A stretch of DNA of 64,000 nucleotides from a virus. Position 1 is the stretch's first letter. Each line of letters opens with the position of its first letter. The stretch spans positions 1-64,000 of IMG/VR virus record IMGVR_UViG_3300020433_000671. The stretch is one strand, 5' to 3'. Position numbers and translations under genes: made by a program. The notes beneath the pieces were generated by a model. The model ran no database searches, was not told where the DNA came from, and saw only the letters and a list, made by a program, of their open reading frames with translations. This document shows positions 54,344 to 64,000 of this stretch, piece by piece.

Positions 54344-55948
54344 TTAAAATTCTCCCCGCTTTTGATCCGCAGGATCAACGCCAGAATCATTAGGTGCTAC
54401 CTCAGCAGGTGGTGCTCCATCCTGCTGTTCACCGCCTGCTTCCATCGCTGCTAATTCGTTAGGATCTTGTATGATACCTGAATCCATTTCAGAATCAATT
54501 TGTTTGTCAATCTCTTTCATTTCTTCTGTAGTTTGCTTTAGAACTTGACGACGCATATATTCAACAGAGAAATATTTACCAACAAAGGGATCCATAAGAT
54601 TGACTTGATTCATACGCTCGTTACGAATTTCAATCTCTTTGAGTTCAGTAAAGTAATTGTCAGCAATATAATCAAATTGGATATGAGTCTTCATATCATC
54701 CCACTCTTCAAGAGTTATAACACCCTTAAGAACTAATTGAGCTTTCAGAAGATCCATGAAAAGTTCAGAGAATCTTTTGCGAAGACGTGCAATAAATTTC
54801 TGGAACTTAACTTCATCACGAGTAATTTCTGCAGCACGACCAATGTTAAAAGTCGTTTCTGTTTCTAGACGTGAACTAGGTACGTTAAGTGCTTTGTATA
54901 ATTTTTTCTGGAAATATTTTACATCCTCAAGTTCTCCAAGATTTTGTCCACCTGGAAGTGTAGAGATTTCTGTTCCCCTACCACCTTCTCTACGTGGTAA
55001 CCAGAAGTCCTCTAACATAGACATGAACTTCTTGTCATCCTTGATCTCACCAGTGTTTGCGTCATAGACCATTTTATTTCTATAACGACTCATCACTTCA
55101 CGGAGATACTGTTCCGCTTTATTCTTAGGTAAGTTACCTACATCAATGTAAAAAATTCTTCTTTCTGGTGCTCTTGATAAACGGTAGATAACAAGAGAAT
55201 CTTCAATCATTCTTAACTGATTGACTGCCTTAATCGCCTTATGTAAGTGACTAAGAGTCATGTTCTTATTGAGATCCTGTATACCAGAATGACAATATGT
55301 AATAGAATCAGTAGTAATCTTCATACCCTGATTCGTAGAGTTCTTCAAACCTTTAGGGTTATACAAGAAGTACTCTGCTGATTTCTGTGTTAATTGAGTA
55401 TTAAGATCTGCACCACGCAATTGCTCTGGACGCTTGTTCTCATACTCAGTTACCTTGCGAATCTTACGAGGATCGATGTAACGAAGTTCAAGAAGACCTG
55501 CATCAGGTTTTTTAGGGTCAATTACTTTATGATAAAAAAGTCTTCCATCAACATACCATCTACGGAAGATCTCATATGAACGATTTTCAAAATCAAGAAG
55601 ACGTAAGACTTCATCAAATTCTTCTCTCATTAATGTTTTAATTTTATCCGACACCTTCAGGTTGGAAAGTTCCAACTCAACTGGTACATCATCAAAATTT
55701 CCACATATTGTTTCGTTGACAATATCGTCAACTGCACTATCGCATTCAGGATTTAAAACCATCTCCCTATATCGGGTGATAAGTTCATAATCGTTGCGAA
55801 TTGTTCCGTCAAAATCAACAGAATAACCATAGTATCCGCCACCAACTACGGGTTGCGAACCATCCATGTTATCTTTTTGAACAAAAGAAGGTCCCCTAGG
55901 AACCTTCTTCGCTCTTTCAAGACTATATCCGAAGAGCTGATTTGCCAT
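54344..55948 (-). CDS. gp20: Portal vertex protein
   Basis: FRRWYVDG, RAPERRIFYIDVGNLP, EDFWLPRREGGRGTEI. Confidence 0.99.
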   Translation of the reverse strand: MANQLFGYSLERAKKVPRGPSFVQKDNMDGSQPVVGGGYYGYSVDFDGTIRNDYELITRYREMVLNPECDSAVDDIVNETICGNFDDVPVELELSNLKVSDKIKTLMREEFDEVLRLLDFENRSYEIFRRWYVDGRLFYHKVIDPKKPDAGLLELRYIDPRKIRKVTEYENKRPEQLRGADLNTQLTQKSAEYFLYNPKGLKNSTNQGMKITTDSITYCHSGIQDLNKNMTLSHLHKAIKAVNQLRMIEDSLVIYRLSRAPERRIFYIDVGNLPKNKAEQYLREVMSRYRNKMVYDANTGEIKDDKKFMSMLEDFWLPRREGGRGTEISTLPGGQNLGELEDVKYFQKKLYKALNVPSSRLETETTFNIGRAAEITRDEVKFQKFIARLRKRFSELFMDLLKAQLVLKGVITLEEWDDMKTHIQFDYIADNYFTELKEIEIRNERMNQVNLMDPFVGKYFSVEYMRRQVLKQTTEEMKEIDKQIDSEMDSGIIQDPNELAAMEAGGEQQDGAPPAEVAPNDSGVDPADQKRGEF

Positions 55949-55983
55949 TATATTTCTAGATTAAATTGGTCCTGATCTATTTA

Positions 55984-56571
55984 TCAGTCATTGGAAGTAG
56001 GTGATAAAGGAGTCCAGTATTGTGTCTGGAGTTCAACTGTAAATTCTTCAATCGCATCATTGTTACCGAAATCAAGATCGATAGCAGCAATGTTACTTGG
56101 GAATACATTGTAGAACCTATAAGATTTAAGCACCTGAGGTTTTTCACCATCTTTGATATCACGTGCTAACTGATGGACACTCATATCAGCGAAGTAACCT
56201 GTGCTGTCATCTTGATCACCAAGTCCTGCAGCAGAAGTAAAGTTCTCGTTGAATGCTTGAATGCTACTTGCCCAAAGTTCAAATGCATTACGAAGAGCAA
56301 AATTGCTATCGTTTTGTATGGTAATTGTCCAAGGTTCGAATGTTCTGTCTCCTGCAATCTTTAAAACACGACCTCTGAAAGGAACCTCAATAACTCCAAT
56401 CTGAGAAGAAGGAAGATTTGCTGCACGAACAGTAAACTTTCCAAGATTTACAAGACTTGCATTATTAATAATTCCTGAAGGGAACGCAAGGTCTACTTGA
56501 AATAAATTAGGACGAGCAAAGTCTGAAGCGACATTTGCTTTAAAATCGTCAATAGTACCTCTTTTTGCCAT
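55984..56571 (-). CDS. gp19: Tail tube protein
   Basis: ARPNLFQV, VPFRGRVLKIAGDRTFEPW, IEEFTVE. Confidence 0.97.
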   Translation of the reverse strand: MAKRGTIDDFKANVASDFARPNLFQVDLAFPSGIINNASLVNLGKFTVRAANLPSSQIGVIEVPFRGRVLKIAGDRTFEPWTITIQNDSNFALRNAFELWASSIQAFNENFTSAAGLGDQDDSTGYFADMSVHQLARDIKDGEKPQVLKSYRFYNVFPSNIAAIDLDFGNNDAIEEFTVELQTQYWTPLSPTSND

Positions 56572-56625
56572 GGTTATTGAATCCAATCTCTTTCTTTAAT
56601 ATTTAGAATAATTCATATTTTCATG

Positions 56626-56656
56626 CAAAAAAAGAGACCCCCAAAGGGATCTCTTT
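56626..56656 (-). terminator. Terminator between gp18 and gp19
   Basis: AAAGAGA(T)CCC-TTTGG-GGGTCTCTTT followed by a T-run. Confidence 0.75.
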
Positions 56657-56684
56657 GTCTATTTTGTATGGACAGATGTATTTA

Positions 56685-58934
56685 TTAACTTGCTACTTCC
56701 GTGAATGCAACACCAGTTCTGGTTGCAGTAAATGTAAGAGTAATGTAGTTAATTGTACGTGTTGGTTTCACGAAGATTTCTGCGTAAAATTCACCACGAT
56801 CAACTGCCTCAGGTGGGTTGTTATCCTCATCACACTTAACCAAGAAGTCTGTCACACCACGACGACCTTGAACTTCACGAAGATAAGGTTCAACAATATT
56901 GAGGAATAGTGAACGCTGTGCAGCATCGTTTTGCTCAAAGAGTTGAGACTTAGCAGCACCAGAGATAACTCTCTCAATTGTTAGGAACAGACGACGTACG
57001 TTGATTCTATCAAATGCGGATGCAAATCCTTGTGCTGTCTTATCACCAAATAGAACTACACCTTGACCAGGGAAAGAAACTACAGGGTTAACACGAGCAG
57101 CATACAAGCGATCACGTTGAGTCTTGTTAGGAGTATATGTAAGTTTAATTGCATTCCTCAAAATACCACGTTGGAAACCTGCGGGTGAGAACCATGGTTC
57201 AGCAGTTTCGGTGGTTTGTAAGCAAAGACCAGCAATGTCACCGTTAGTTGGAATGTAACGATATACGTCGTTATACTTGTCGTAGATATACTTGTATCCA
57301 GAATCAAATACAACGTAATTACTGGAAGGTAGTGTATTAAAGAAATTAATAATGTTATTGGTAATTGTGTTTGAATTGCTTATACCAATGACGTTACCAC
57401 GACGAGGAGATACAAATAACATGCAATCTCTACGTTCTTCAACAATATTTGTTAAAGCGGTAATCTTAGCAAGTGCCTCAGCATCTGTAGCACCAGAAGG
57501 ACCAGTTAAAATAAAGTCGATTGTCTGTGACTCAGGATCTTCAAGTAGTTCGTATGCAGTAGTAACATCAGTATTACTGACACTATAAACACCACCACTT
57601 GTTGCATAATCAGCACCTGAACCAAGTCTATAGTAGAATGTTGAGTTATTCTTAGAACCTAGAGTTGTACGACCTGCAGGATAATCAGTAGATCCATCTG
57701 AAGAACGTAGTAAGTTAAACTGACGATTAGCTGCGGAAACACCCCAAGTACCAGTAGAACCAGATGCACCTGCGTTAAATACTCCTAACTCATGCTCACC
57801 CCAGTAAACATACTCGGAACGTGCCTTTAGAACATTTACGTAGTAGTTTGTTTCACCAACAGAAGTCTTAGCATCAGATGCTTTAGAAAGACCAATGAAA
57901 CGCTCAAGTAAAGCACCAGTCGTACCAGTAATCTTACCATCAATATCAACTACAACAACATGTAGTTCGTCACGGAATCCTCCTTGCTCTGTAGCAAACT
58001 TAGAAGTTTCAGGACGTGGAGCAACGCTTACCCACTTTACACCAGGTAGATACTCACGCTCATCATACTCATCACGAACTGCAGTTATTGCAACAGCAGT
58101 TGAGTTTGTATCAGTAACGCTATCTGCAGCAGCAAAACTAATACTATCCTTATTGAGACCAATATACAAACGACGTTCGATAGTAGTATCAATAGCAGCA
58201 GTATTTGTTCCCTGAGTAATTACTTGATTGTCTGAGAGAATACCAGTAACACCGCCAGAAGGAAGACCGATTTCTAGTTTCTTATTGGCAGGATCCCATG
58301 CGAGAACATTTACTGTTTCATCAGAACCACCAATACTAATTGTAGTTGCAGAACCAACTGCAAAATCACCAACAACAGTGTCTACAGTAAGAACAATGCT
58401 ATACTTGAAGACTTTACCAGCAGCACCAGAAGCGGCAGATACTGCTTCATCAGCAACAAACTCATGTTCGTTACCTGAACCAGGAGCAGGAAGAACAGCA
58501 ATTTGATCAGCACCAGCATCAGTTACAAAAATACCTATTGAGTTGCCTTTACTTCCAGGAGTTTTTGCTGCCCAAGTAAAATTATTATTTGCAGTCTCGT
58601 AGTTTGTTTCGTAGTCATCAAAATTTTTGATGAGAGGTGCAGTTCCTGTATCAACAGCATTCTTCAATGAAGATGAAGTTACACGAACAGTTTTAAGAAC
58701 ACCACCATAGGAAAGGAACTGAGAAGCAGTAAACCAAAACTCGTAGTTGTTTTCATTTGGTTTACCAAATACATCCGTAAGTTGTCTTTCGTTAGCAATA
58801 GTTACGATTTCTTCAACTGGACCTTGTTCAAACGGTGCCGCAAGAACGCCAACATTTGCGGTAGATAGCGTGGTAATAGTGGTCAGGTCTCTTTCCTGAA
58901 CTACTACACCTGGCGATGATTGATTTGCTGCCAT
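56685..58934 (-). CDS. gp18: Tail sheath protein
   Basis: SPGVVVQERD, PWFSPAG, FGDKT, FDRINVRRLF. Confidence 0.98.
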   Translation of the reverse strand: MAANQSSPGVVVQERDLTTITTLSTANVGVLAAPFEQGPVEEIVTIANERQLTDVFGKPNENNYEFWFTASQFLSYGGVLKTVRVTSSSLKNAVDTGTAPLIKNFDDYETNYETANNNFTWAAKTPGSKGNSIGIFVTDAGADQIAVLPAPGSGNEHEFVADEAVSAASGAAGKVFKYSIVLTVDTVVGDFAVGSATTISIGGSDETVNVLAWDPANKKLEIGLPSGGVTGILSDNQVITQGTNTAAIDTTIERRLYIGLNKDSISFAAADSVTDTNSTAVAITAVRDEYDEREYLPGVKWVSVAPRPETSKFATEQGGFRDELHVVVVDIDGKITGTTGALLERFIGLSKASDAKTSVGETNYYVNVLKARSEYVYWGEHELGVFNAGASGSTGTWGVSAANRQFNLLRSSDGSTDYPAGRTTLGSKNNSTFYYRLGSGADYATSGGVYSVSNTDVTTAYELLEDPESQTIDFILTGPSGATDAEALAKITALTNIVEERRDCMLFVSPRRGNVIGISNSNTITNNIINFFNTLPSSNYVVFDSGYKYIYDKYNDVYRYIPTNGDIAGLCLQTTETAEPWFSPAGFQRGILRNAIKLTYTPNKTQRDRLYAARVNPVVSFPGQGVVLFGDKTAQGFASAFDRINVRRLFLTIERVISGAAKSQLFEQNDAAQRSLFLNIVEPYLREVQGRRGVTDFLVKCDEDNNPPEAVDRGEFYAEIFVKPTRTINYITLTFTATRTGVAFTEVAS

Positions 58935-58980
58935 GTTTAAATACTCCTAGAAAATGATGTCAACATCGGTTGTCTAAGAT

Positions 58981-58988
58981 TATTTATA
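58981..58988 (-). promoter_or_regulatory. T4-type late promoter for gp18
   Basis: TATAAATA. Confidence 0.75.
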
Positions 58989-58999
58989 TTTTTGAAACG

Positions 59000-60652
59000 T
59001 TACCTAAACTCCCACATATATGAACTATCTCCGTATTCCGCAATCTCCCATCTCTCCCCTTGTGCATCAATAATATGATCATCCTCTAATCCATCTGATA
59101 CAAATCCGAAGGGTGCCATATCTTGTTCAATATTTTCTCTTTGATCATCATAAATTCTTTGTCTCACATCATTGTCATGCATCTCTTTAAAATATTCTTG
59201 CATTGCCATCCACGAGAATATAACAAGGCACATAGCGAGGTCATCATTACATCCATCCTCTGCGGCAAAAGATTGCCCCTTGACTATAAAGGTAGTTAAC
59301 TCTGAAATAGTATCGTAATCTTTAATTATTAATTTATCTTCTTCCAATAGTGCTTTAAGATTAGAGCAACCAACCGCTTTGACAGCAGTACTCATTTTTA
59401 CACCAAGTTGTGTTTTCTTACCTGAGAATCCCTGTCCTAATTGTTGACCTGCTCTCCCTCTCATAGCAACCTGTAGTAAGTTTTCATACTCAAGATCAAA
59501 TTGAATGATATCTGCAACTTGACCACCAATATCATTTACCTCACATAATACATAAGCATTGTTATAATTTTTTGCTACATCTACTATAATATTAGGAAAT
59601 ATAATAGGTTTGATATCATTATTTCTATACTTAGCAACCATTTCATATGGCACGGTTGTAGTGTCTATGACACAAAACGCTGAATAGTCTTGACTTACAC
59701 CACGAGAAACATCAACAGTTATGATATAATTATGATCTTTTTCTACGTGTTTATATATCGATAGACCTCTATTTTGTTGAATAGGATCTTCATAAGGCAT
59801 AGACCTTAACTTACTAGGACTAATCAATGTATCAACAGATCCTAAGAACTCACATTCAAACTCAACCTTGAATTGTGATTCTGATGTATTAGCAATGGTT
59901 TGTTCCTTCCATGCTGCATCTCTACCAGGAACTTCAGACCAATGAACTTCCGTTGGTACATATTCATTTTTCTTTCTTTCTGCATCATGCCAAAGTTTAT
60001 AGAACATATTCATCCCGTGAGGGGTAGAAATGATGATAACCTTGGTAGATTTACCAGATGAGATAGTAGGATATACAGAACTAAAGAACTGATCAGCGAT
60101 ATGATTCGGAACGAATGCGAATTCATCAAGAAATATAATATTAAACGACATCCCCCGCACAGCACTAGATGAAGTAGAAGCAGCCATGATTTTACTTCCG
60201 TTTTCCAATTCCAAACTACCTCGGTTCCATTGGAGGATTCCTTGTTGGAGCCATTTTGGGAGATTTTCATAAGATAATTGTAGTCTTTGCAGCATCTCAC
60301 GAGAAGTTGCTGCTTTGTTTGCTAGGATTGCGACATTAACATTCGCATTAAAAAGAACATACCACAACAGATAAGAAGTCACAATAGTTGACTTACCTGA
60401 CTGACGTGGTAACTTTGCTATATTGAATCTATTTAAATGAAATTTTTCTACCATTTCCTCTTGGAAATGATACATGTCAAAAGGAATCAAACCACTATCA
60501 AGAGAAACAATCTTGATATAAGTTTGAATAAAATATACAGGATCCTCAGAACACTTAATATACTCCTGAACTTCTTCAGGACTAAACTGAGTGGCAACGT
60601 TTGCTTTCTTTAAATTTGGATTACCAAGATATTGTTCTTGATTCGTATTCAT
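59000..60652 (-). CDS. gp17: Terminase large subunit
   Basis: YLGNPNLK, PRQSGKST, IFLDEFAF, DVSRG, DDLAMC. Confidence 0.98.
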   Translation of the reverse strand: MNTNQEQYLGNPNLKKANVATQFSPEEVQEYIKCSEDPVYFIQTYIKIVSLDSGLIPFDMYHFQEEMVEKFHLNRFNIAKLPRQSGKSTIVTSYLLWYVLFNANVNVAILANKAATSREMLQRLQLSYENLPKWLQQGILQWNRGSLELENGSKIMAASTSSSAVRGMSFNIIFLDEFAFVPNHIADQFFSSVYPTISSGKSTKVIIISTPHGMNMFYKLWHDAERKKNEYVPTEVHWSEVPGRDAAWKEQTIANTSESQFKVEFECEFLGSVDTLISPSKLRSMPYEDPIQQNRGLSIYKHVEKDHNYIITVDVSRGVSQDYSAFCVIDTTTVPYEMVAKYRNNDIKPIIFPNIIVDVAKNYNNAYVLCEVNDIGGQVADIIQFDLEYENLLQVAMRGRAGQQLGQGFSGKKTQLGVKMSTAVKAVGCSNLKALLEEDKLIIKDYDTISELTTFIVKGQSFAAEDGCNDDLAMCLVIFSWMAMQEYFKEMHDNDVRQRIYDDQRENIEQDMAPFGFVSDGLEDDHIIDAQGERWEIAEYGDSSYMWEFR

Positions 60653-60916
60653 TTATTCTGGTCTGTATTCTTGAGATTTGTATGCTGTATAATCTGGTGC
60701 AAGATTAGATTTTTTAAAATATTTGTTTATAACATCTACTTGATCTTGATATTTAGCAATGATATTTAACTCAGTTTCAATTGCTTCGGTAATATCAGAG
60801 TGTTCTCCTATACCTGCAGGATTAGTAAGATATACCTCTACATTAGCAACATGTTTTTGGATATCTCCTTGTGCATGTGCTAGAAGTGCTCTAATTAATT
60901 GTTCTCTCATACTCAT
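60653..60916 (-). CDS. Conserved phage hypothetical protein
   Basis: ANVEVYLTNPAGIGEHSDI. Confidence 0.8.
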   Translation of the reverse strand: MSMREQLIRALLAHAQGDIQKHVANVEVYLTNPAGIGEHSDITEAIETELNIIAKYQDQVDVINKYFKKSNLAPDYTAYKSQEYRPE

Positions 60917-60920
60917 AAAT

Positions 60921-61382
60921 TTACTCCATTAATGTACCACGTGATCTGCGAAGAACTCGTAGTTCTTCAAAATCTTTTTGTTTTGTACCACCATCGTATG
61001 GCCAAGCGTATCCCTCACCAATCATTTGTTCGTTGAGAGATACATTATCATCACCAACGTACAACCAACCAAGTAACCGACCATACTTACCAACCCCACC
61101 CTTAAGTTCAGTCCTAATAGTGAGTTCGTCGTCTCCCTTAATAGCAGCATTGAGTTTTTCTTTTAACCAATTAGTAGCATCTATTCCCAATGCCTTCTCT
61201 TCCAAGTTCCTTGTTCTTTTCTCTGGCGTATCAACGCCTGCAATTCTAACTCTTTCTTTCTTGTATAGATCAAAACCGAGATCGATAGTAACGTCAATAG
61301 TGTCACCATCAAGCACCTTGTTTATTTTTGTCACTCGGAAATTGTAACAACTCTTTCGTGACGGTGGTGTCATTGCTCCCAT
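60921..61382 (-). CDS. Thermonuclease (SNase-like) protein
   Basis: KVLDGDTID, RVRIAGVDTPE, GKYGRLLG, GYAWPYDGG. Confidence 0.9.
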   Translation of the reverse strand: MGAMTPPSRKSCYNFRVTKINKVLDGDTIDVTIDLGFDLYKKERVRIAGVDTPEKRTRNLEEKALGIDATNWLKEKLNAAIKGDDELTIRTELKGGVGKYGRLLGWLYVGDDNVSLNEQMIGEGYAWPYDGGTKQKDFEELRVLRRSRGTLME

Positions 61383-61584
61383 CTTTCATCTCCATAAATG
61401 ACATCTTTAGTATATAGTAGATGTACCAAGAGACGATTACGACAAGTATTGCGACCATAATAACAACACTCCAAACCACCATTTGACCAAAACTTATCGT
61501 ACATGAATATGTATGGTAATTACCACACGCACTTTTTATTCTAGGTAGTTATACTTATACATAGTAATAAATACTTAGACAATC

Positions 61585-61692
61585 ATGAAAACATACTTAA
61601 CCGCAATGTCAATCTTCGCTACAGTTATTACTGCGGTAGCATTTGCACCACAGTTAGCATACGCAGGTCAAGTATCATACTTCACTCTATAA
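61585..61692 (+). CDS. 35-aa signal-peptide-like microprotein
   Basis: MKTYLTAMSIFATVITAVAFAPQLAYAGQVSYFTL; ATAAATA late-type box 11 nt upstream. Confidence 0.6.
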   Translation: MKTYLTAMSIFATVITAVAFAPQLAYAGQVSYFTL

Positions 61693-61888
61693 GTGACCCT
61701 TTTTGTCTAACGTAATCTAATCCTGATTCGTTAGTAACCATATCAATAAAAGAAGGATGCTCCCTGAGATAGGGTACATCCTCCTTACTGTTTTGAATTG
61801 CTTCGTATGAGTTTGCAGCGTACTCACAAATTTCGTGGTGATGCTGTTCAGCATCGTGATACCCAATGGTATAGTGACTTAGGGGCAT
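61682..61888 (-). CDS. Hypothetical protein
   Basis: MPLSHYTIGYHD...EICEYA...EDVPYLREHP. Confidence 0.75.
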   Translation of the reverse strand: MPLSHYTIGYHDAEQHHHEICEYAANSYEAIQNSKEDVPYLREHPSFIDMVTNESGLDYVRQKGSLIE

Positions 61889-61971
61889 GATCTTTCAATC
61901 CCATAGTTATGTACATGTATTTATTATAGCACATAAGTAAAATTACGCAAATGTGTGTGTATTCTACTACA

Positions 61972-62232
61972 TCACTTTTCTCCAAATACCATGTCTTCAA
62001 CAGTTGATTCTCGAATACCTAAATGCTCACAAATAAGTTTATCAATAGCAGCATACGTATCAGATAAAATAATATGAGAACGACTTTTGATTGCTATTTC
62101 ATCAATGTCATCACTTGAGACAAGTGTTCCCATCACACATTTTTCAGCAAAAGCACGATAACCAGACATTTTTTTAATTCGTTCTTCAACGATTTTATTT
62201 AAATTGATAGTCACTTTGATGTCTGTATCCAT
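61972..62232 (-). CDS. Hypothetical protein
   Basis: 86 aa with AGGAG SD. Confidence 0.7.
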   Translation of the reverse strand: MDTDIKVTINLNKIVEERIKKMSGYRAFAEKCVMGTLVSSDDIDEIAIKSRSHIILSDTYAAIDKLICEHLGIRESTVEDMVFGEK

Positions 62233-62250
62233 TAGTAATGATCTCCTATT

Positions 62251-62472
62251 TCAATCATCATCAGATAACTGTTTGAATACTAAGAGTGGTTCATCAACTC
62301 CCTCCATTTCTGGATGTTGTTTATAAGCTCTCATTGCGTCATTATAATTTCTTACTGGTCGTTTGTCAAACTCTTCTAGTGTAGATGTTGTCATTTTCCA
62401 CATAAAAGCAAAGGTTGCTCCAAACAGACCAACAAAAAAACACAGGTATATGAATACTGTTATATCATTCAT
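62251..62472 (-). CDS. Small membrane protein (DUF2973-like)
   Basis: N-terminal TM; HPEM...LLVF. Confidence 0.7.
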   Translation of the reverse strand: MNDITVFIYLCFFVGLFGATFAFMWKMTTSTLEEFDKRPVRNYNDAMRAYKQHPEMEGVDEPLLVFKQLSDDD

Positions 62473-62822
62473 CTTCTTAATATTTTTTGAATTGGAACTT
62501 GTTTTATCTTATCAATAATATCAGTTTCTATTCTGTCTAGTATATTTACATCTAAATGCATGAATGGTGGAATGATACCAAGCATTCTAAGTAATCCATC
62601 TACAAACAATGCAAGTGTGGTAAATCCAAGAATCATACTAATGACAGTGGCATCACGATTATGTTTTGCCATAGACTCTTCATCTATACGTCTTGCCTCA
62701 TCGATAGCTGTTTTGACAGCAGCATCAATCAAGAGATTAACTTCTTGTTTAGTGTAAGTATTTCTTGGAGAATTTGTCGTTACTGATGTAACAGGAAAGT
62801 CCCGTATTAAAGTTTTAATCAT
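62469..62822 (-). CDS. Membrane protein
   Basis: HNRDATVISMILGFTTLALFVDGLLRMLGIIPPFM. Confidence 0.8.
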   Translation of the reverse strand: MIKTLIRDFPVTSVTTNSPRNTYTKQEVNLLIDAAVKTAIDEARRIDEESMAKHNRDATVISMILGFTTLALFVDGLLRMLGIIPPFMHLDVNILDRIETDIIDKIKQVPIQKILRR

Positions 62823-62849
62823 GATTGTTGCTTTTCTATATGTATTATA

Positions 62850-63011
62850 TCACATCATTTCGTAATTGTGTGACAATGGTCGTTTACCCATTTTTTCTTG
62901 ATGTTCTCTATCTAACTCGTATAATTTACTCATCATCTTTTGTTTCTTTTCAATGTCGTCAAGTTTCTTTTGAACGTCCCTAATTTCGGACTCAATCGAT
63001 CTATCGGTCAT
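62850..63011 (-). CDS. 53-aa coiled-coil protein
   Basis: MTDRSIESEIRDVQKKLDDIEKKQKMMSKLYELDREHQEKMGKRPLSHNYEMM. Confidence 0.65.
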   Translation of the reverse strand: MTDRSIESEIRDVQKKLDDIEKKQKMMSKLYELDREHQEKMGKRPLSHNYEMM

Positions 63012-63093
63012 TTAAATTTTTAAATACTGCTCTCAAACCTCCTTGCCTAAAACTACACAACAAGTTGTTGATTTGAGTAAAAGTATTTATAAT

Positions 63094-64000
63094 TTAAGAT
63101 TTCTTCATTTTTGCTTTCGCCTTTGCTTCATCCTGTTTTTTTAAGTAACTTTTAAGTTGCTTTAATTTAATATCACGAATCAGTTTAGAACGTTTGCTAA
63201 GATATGGAGGGTTAGTTTTTTGGATAGCTTTGATTGCCATATCACCAATACCCTCTTCTATTTCATTCTCTTCATTTGCCTTAACACAGTTTGGATATCT
63301 CTTTCCAAACATAGTTTTCATACCTTTCTTCTTATATCCTTTCCAACATTTTTCATCAAGGGTTTCTTCGTTACCTTCTTTTACACTTTTAGGTTTCTTA
63401 TCAGGAACAAATTTGACTGGTTTTGATACTGTGCCACCTGTTTTTTTGTCAAGCACTGCAACTCTAGGTGGTGTAGATTCCATGTTCTTGAAATCTTTAT
63501 GAGTTCCCTTTAACTTTTTATATGACATCCTTGCATAAGATGTATTCTTAGGCATTGATATTTCATTTACATCTTCAACTTCTTCTTTCTTTGTTTTTTT
63601 CTTAACATTCTTTTTGTAGTATTCAGTCTTCTTTGGATCAGCACCTAAGAAATAATCCATAGAGGAACCTGATTTATCATACTTAATTTTTTCTTCTACT
63701 GAACTAGGTGTACCATCTCCATGCTCAATAGGATTACCTTTAGCATCTTTCTGATGATGTTCTTTCCTCAAACCTAAACGACCCAAGAGAGATTTTTTCT
63801 TAGGTGATTTATATCCGTGACGTTTGGCATAATCCATATAGGATTCTCCCTTTCTCAACTTTTTAGGATCAGATTTTGGTTTGGATGCAGCAGCACGATC
63901 TTCACGAGCACGTTGATTTGCACCAGGACCACCTAACTTTCGATCCTTATCAGGATCGGGATGCCAGTAGTCTCCTCTTTCGTTAATCATTTTATCCATA
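63094..64000 (-). CDS. Lys-rich modular protein (probably 5'-truncated by the window edge)
   Basis: Modules separated by INE, RKE, VEE, VNE, LDE, IEE; includes KCWKGYKKKGMK...PNCVK. Confidence 0.8.
   Translation of the reverse strand, partial: MDKMINERGDYWHPDPDKDRKLGGPGANQRAREDRAAASKPKSDPKKLRKGESYMDYAKRHGYKSPKKKSLLGRLGLRKEHHQKDAKGNPIEHGDGTPSSVEEKIKYDKSGSSMDYFLGADPKKTEYYKKNVKKKTKKEEVEDVNEISMPKNTSYARMSYKKLKGTHKDFKNMESTPPRVAVLDKKTGGTVSKPVKFVPDKKPKSVKEGNEETLDEKCWKGYKKKGMKTMFGKRYPNCVKANEENEIEEGIGDMAIKAIQKTNPPYLSKRSKLIRDIKLKQLKSYLKKQDEAKAKAKMKKS

Noticed and set aside
27559-56656. Recurrent AAAAGAGACCC...GGGTCTC sequence as a mobile repeat
   Set aside because: The copies at about 27560, 50780 and 56630 are ordinary intrinsic terminators.
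52251-58506. Long plus-strand antisense ORFs over gp22, gp21, gp20 and gp18 (also over 13071-13655 and gp46)
   Set aside because: Expected from codon bias in highly expressed genes; no SD, promoter or recognisable motifs.
7794-60652. Introns or inteins in nrdA, nrdB, gp41, gp43, gp20 or gp17
   Set aside because: All are uninterrupted and of normal length for T4-like cyanophages.

Overview
This window is a 64-kb, AT-rich segment of a T4-like marine cyanomyovirus, most likely infecting Prochlorococcus (host inferred from base composition and the hli/psbA types). Almost every gene is on the minus strand. From left to right it holds: (1) a photosynthesis and host-metabolism island with psbA (cut by the window edge), an ndhP-orf54-ndhI operon, five hli genes, small membrane peptides, a GIY-YIG nuclease, talC, a glutamine-riboswitch/DUF4278 unit and a SET-domain gene; (2) nrdB, nrdA and primase; (3) a block of Lys-rich modular proteins with T4 capsid-targeting-like leaders; (4) the replication core (mazG, gp41, uvsX, gp43); (5) hsp20 followed by a CP12-like peptide; (6) a convergent cluster of predicted secreted/membrane proteins, three of them on the plus strand; (7) regA, gp62, dam, pyrE, gp44, gp45, a cobS/vWA pair, gp46, gp47, gp55, uvsW and uvsY; (8) the morphogenesis module gp3 and gp23-gp17. 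The ORF track misses many ORFs under 60 aa, which I translated by hand. The most striking observation is a tandem glnA-type glutamine riboswitch whose second aptamer has a complete 59-codon ORF inserted in its P2 loop, with the start codon in the P2 stem and the stop codon in the aptamer core. Other highlights are a translationally coupled NDH-1 mini-operon containing an unknown membrane peptide, a ROSE-like thermometer on hsp20, a probable AUA-initiated secreted gene, and a 3-copy palindromic promoter element. I saw no tRNA, rRNA, CRISPR array, intron or intein. Family assignments come from motif recognition, not database searches.
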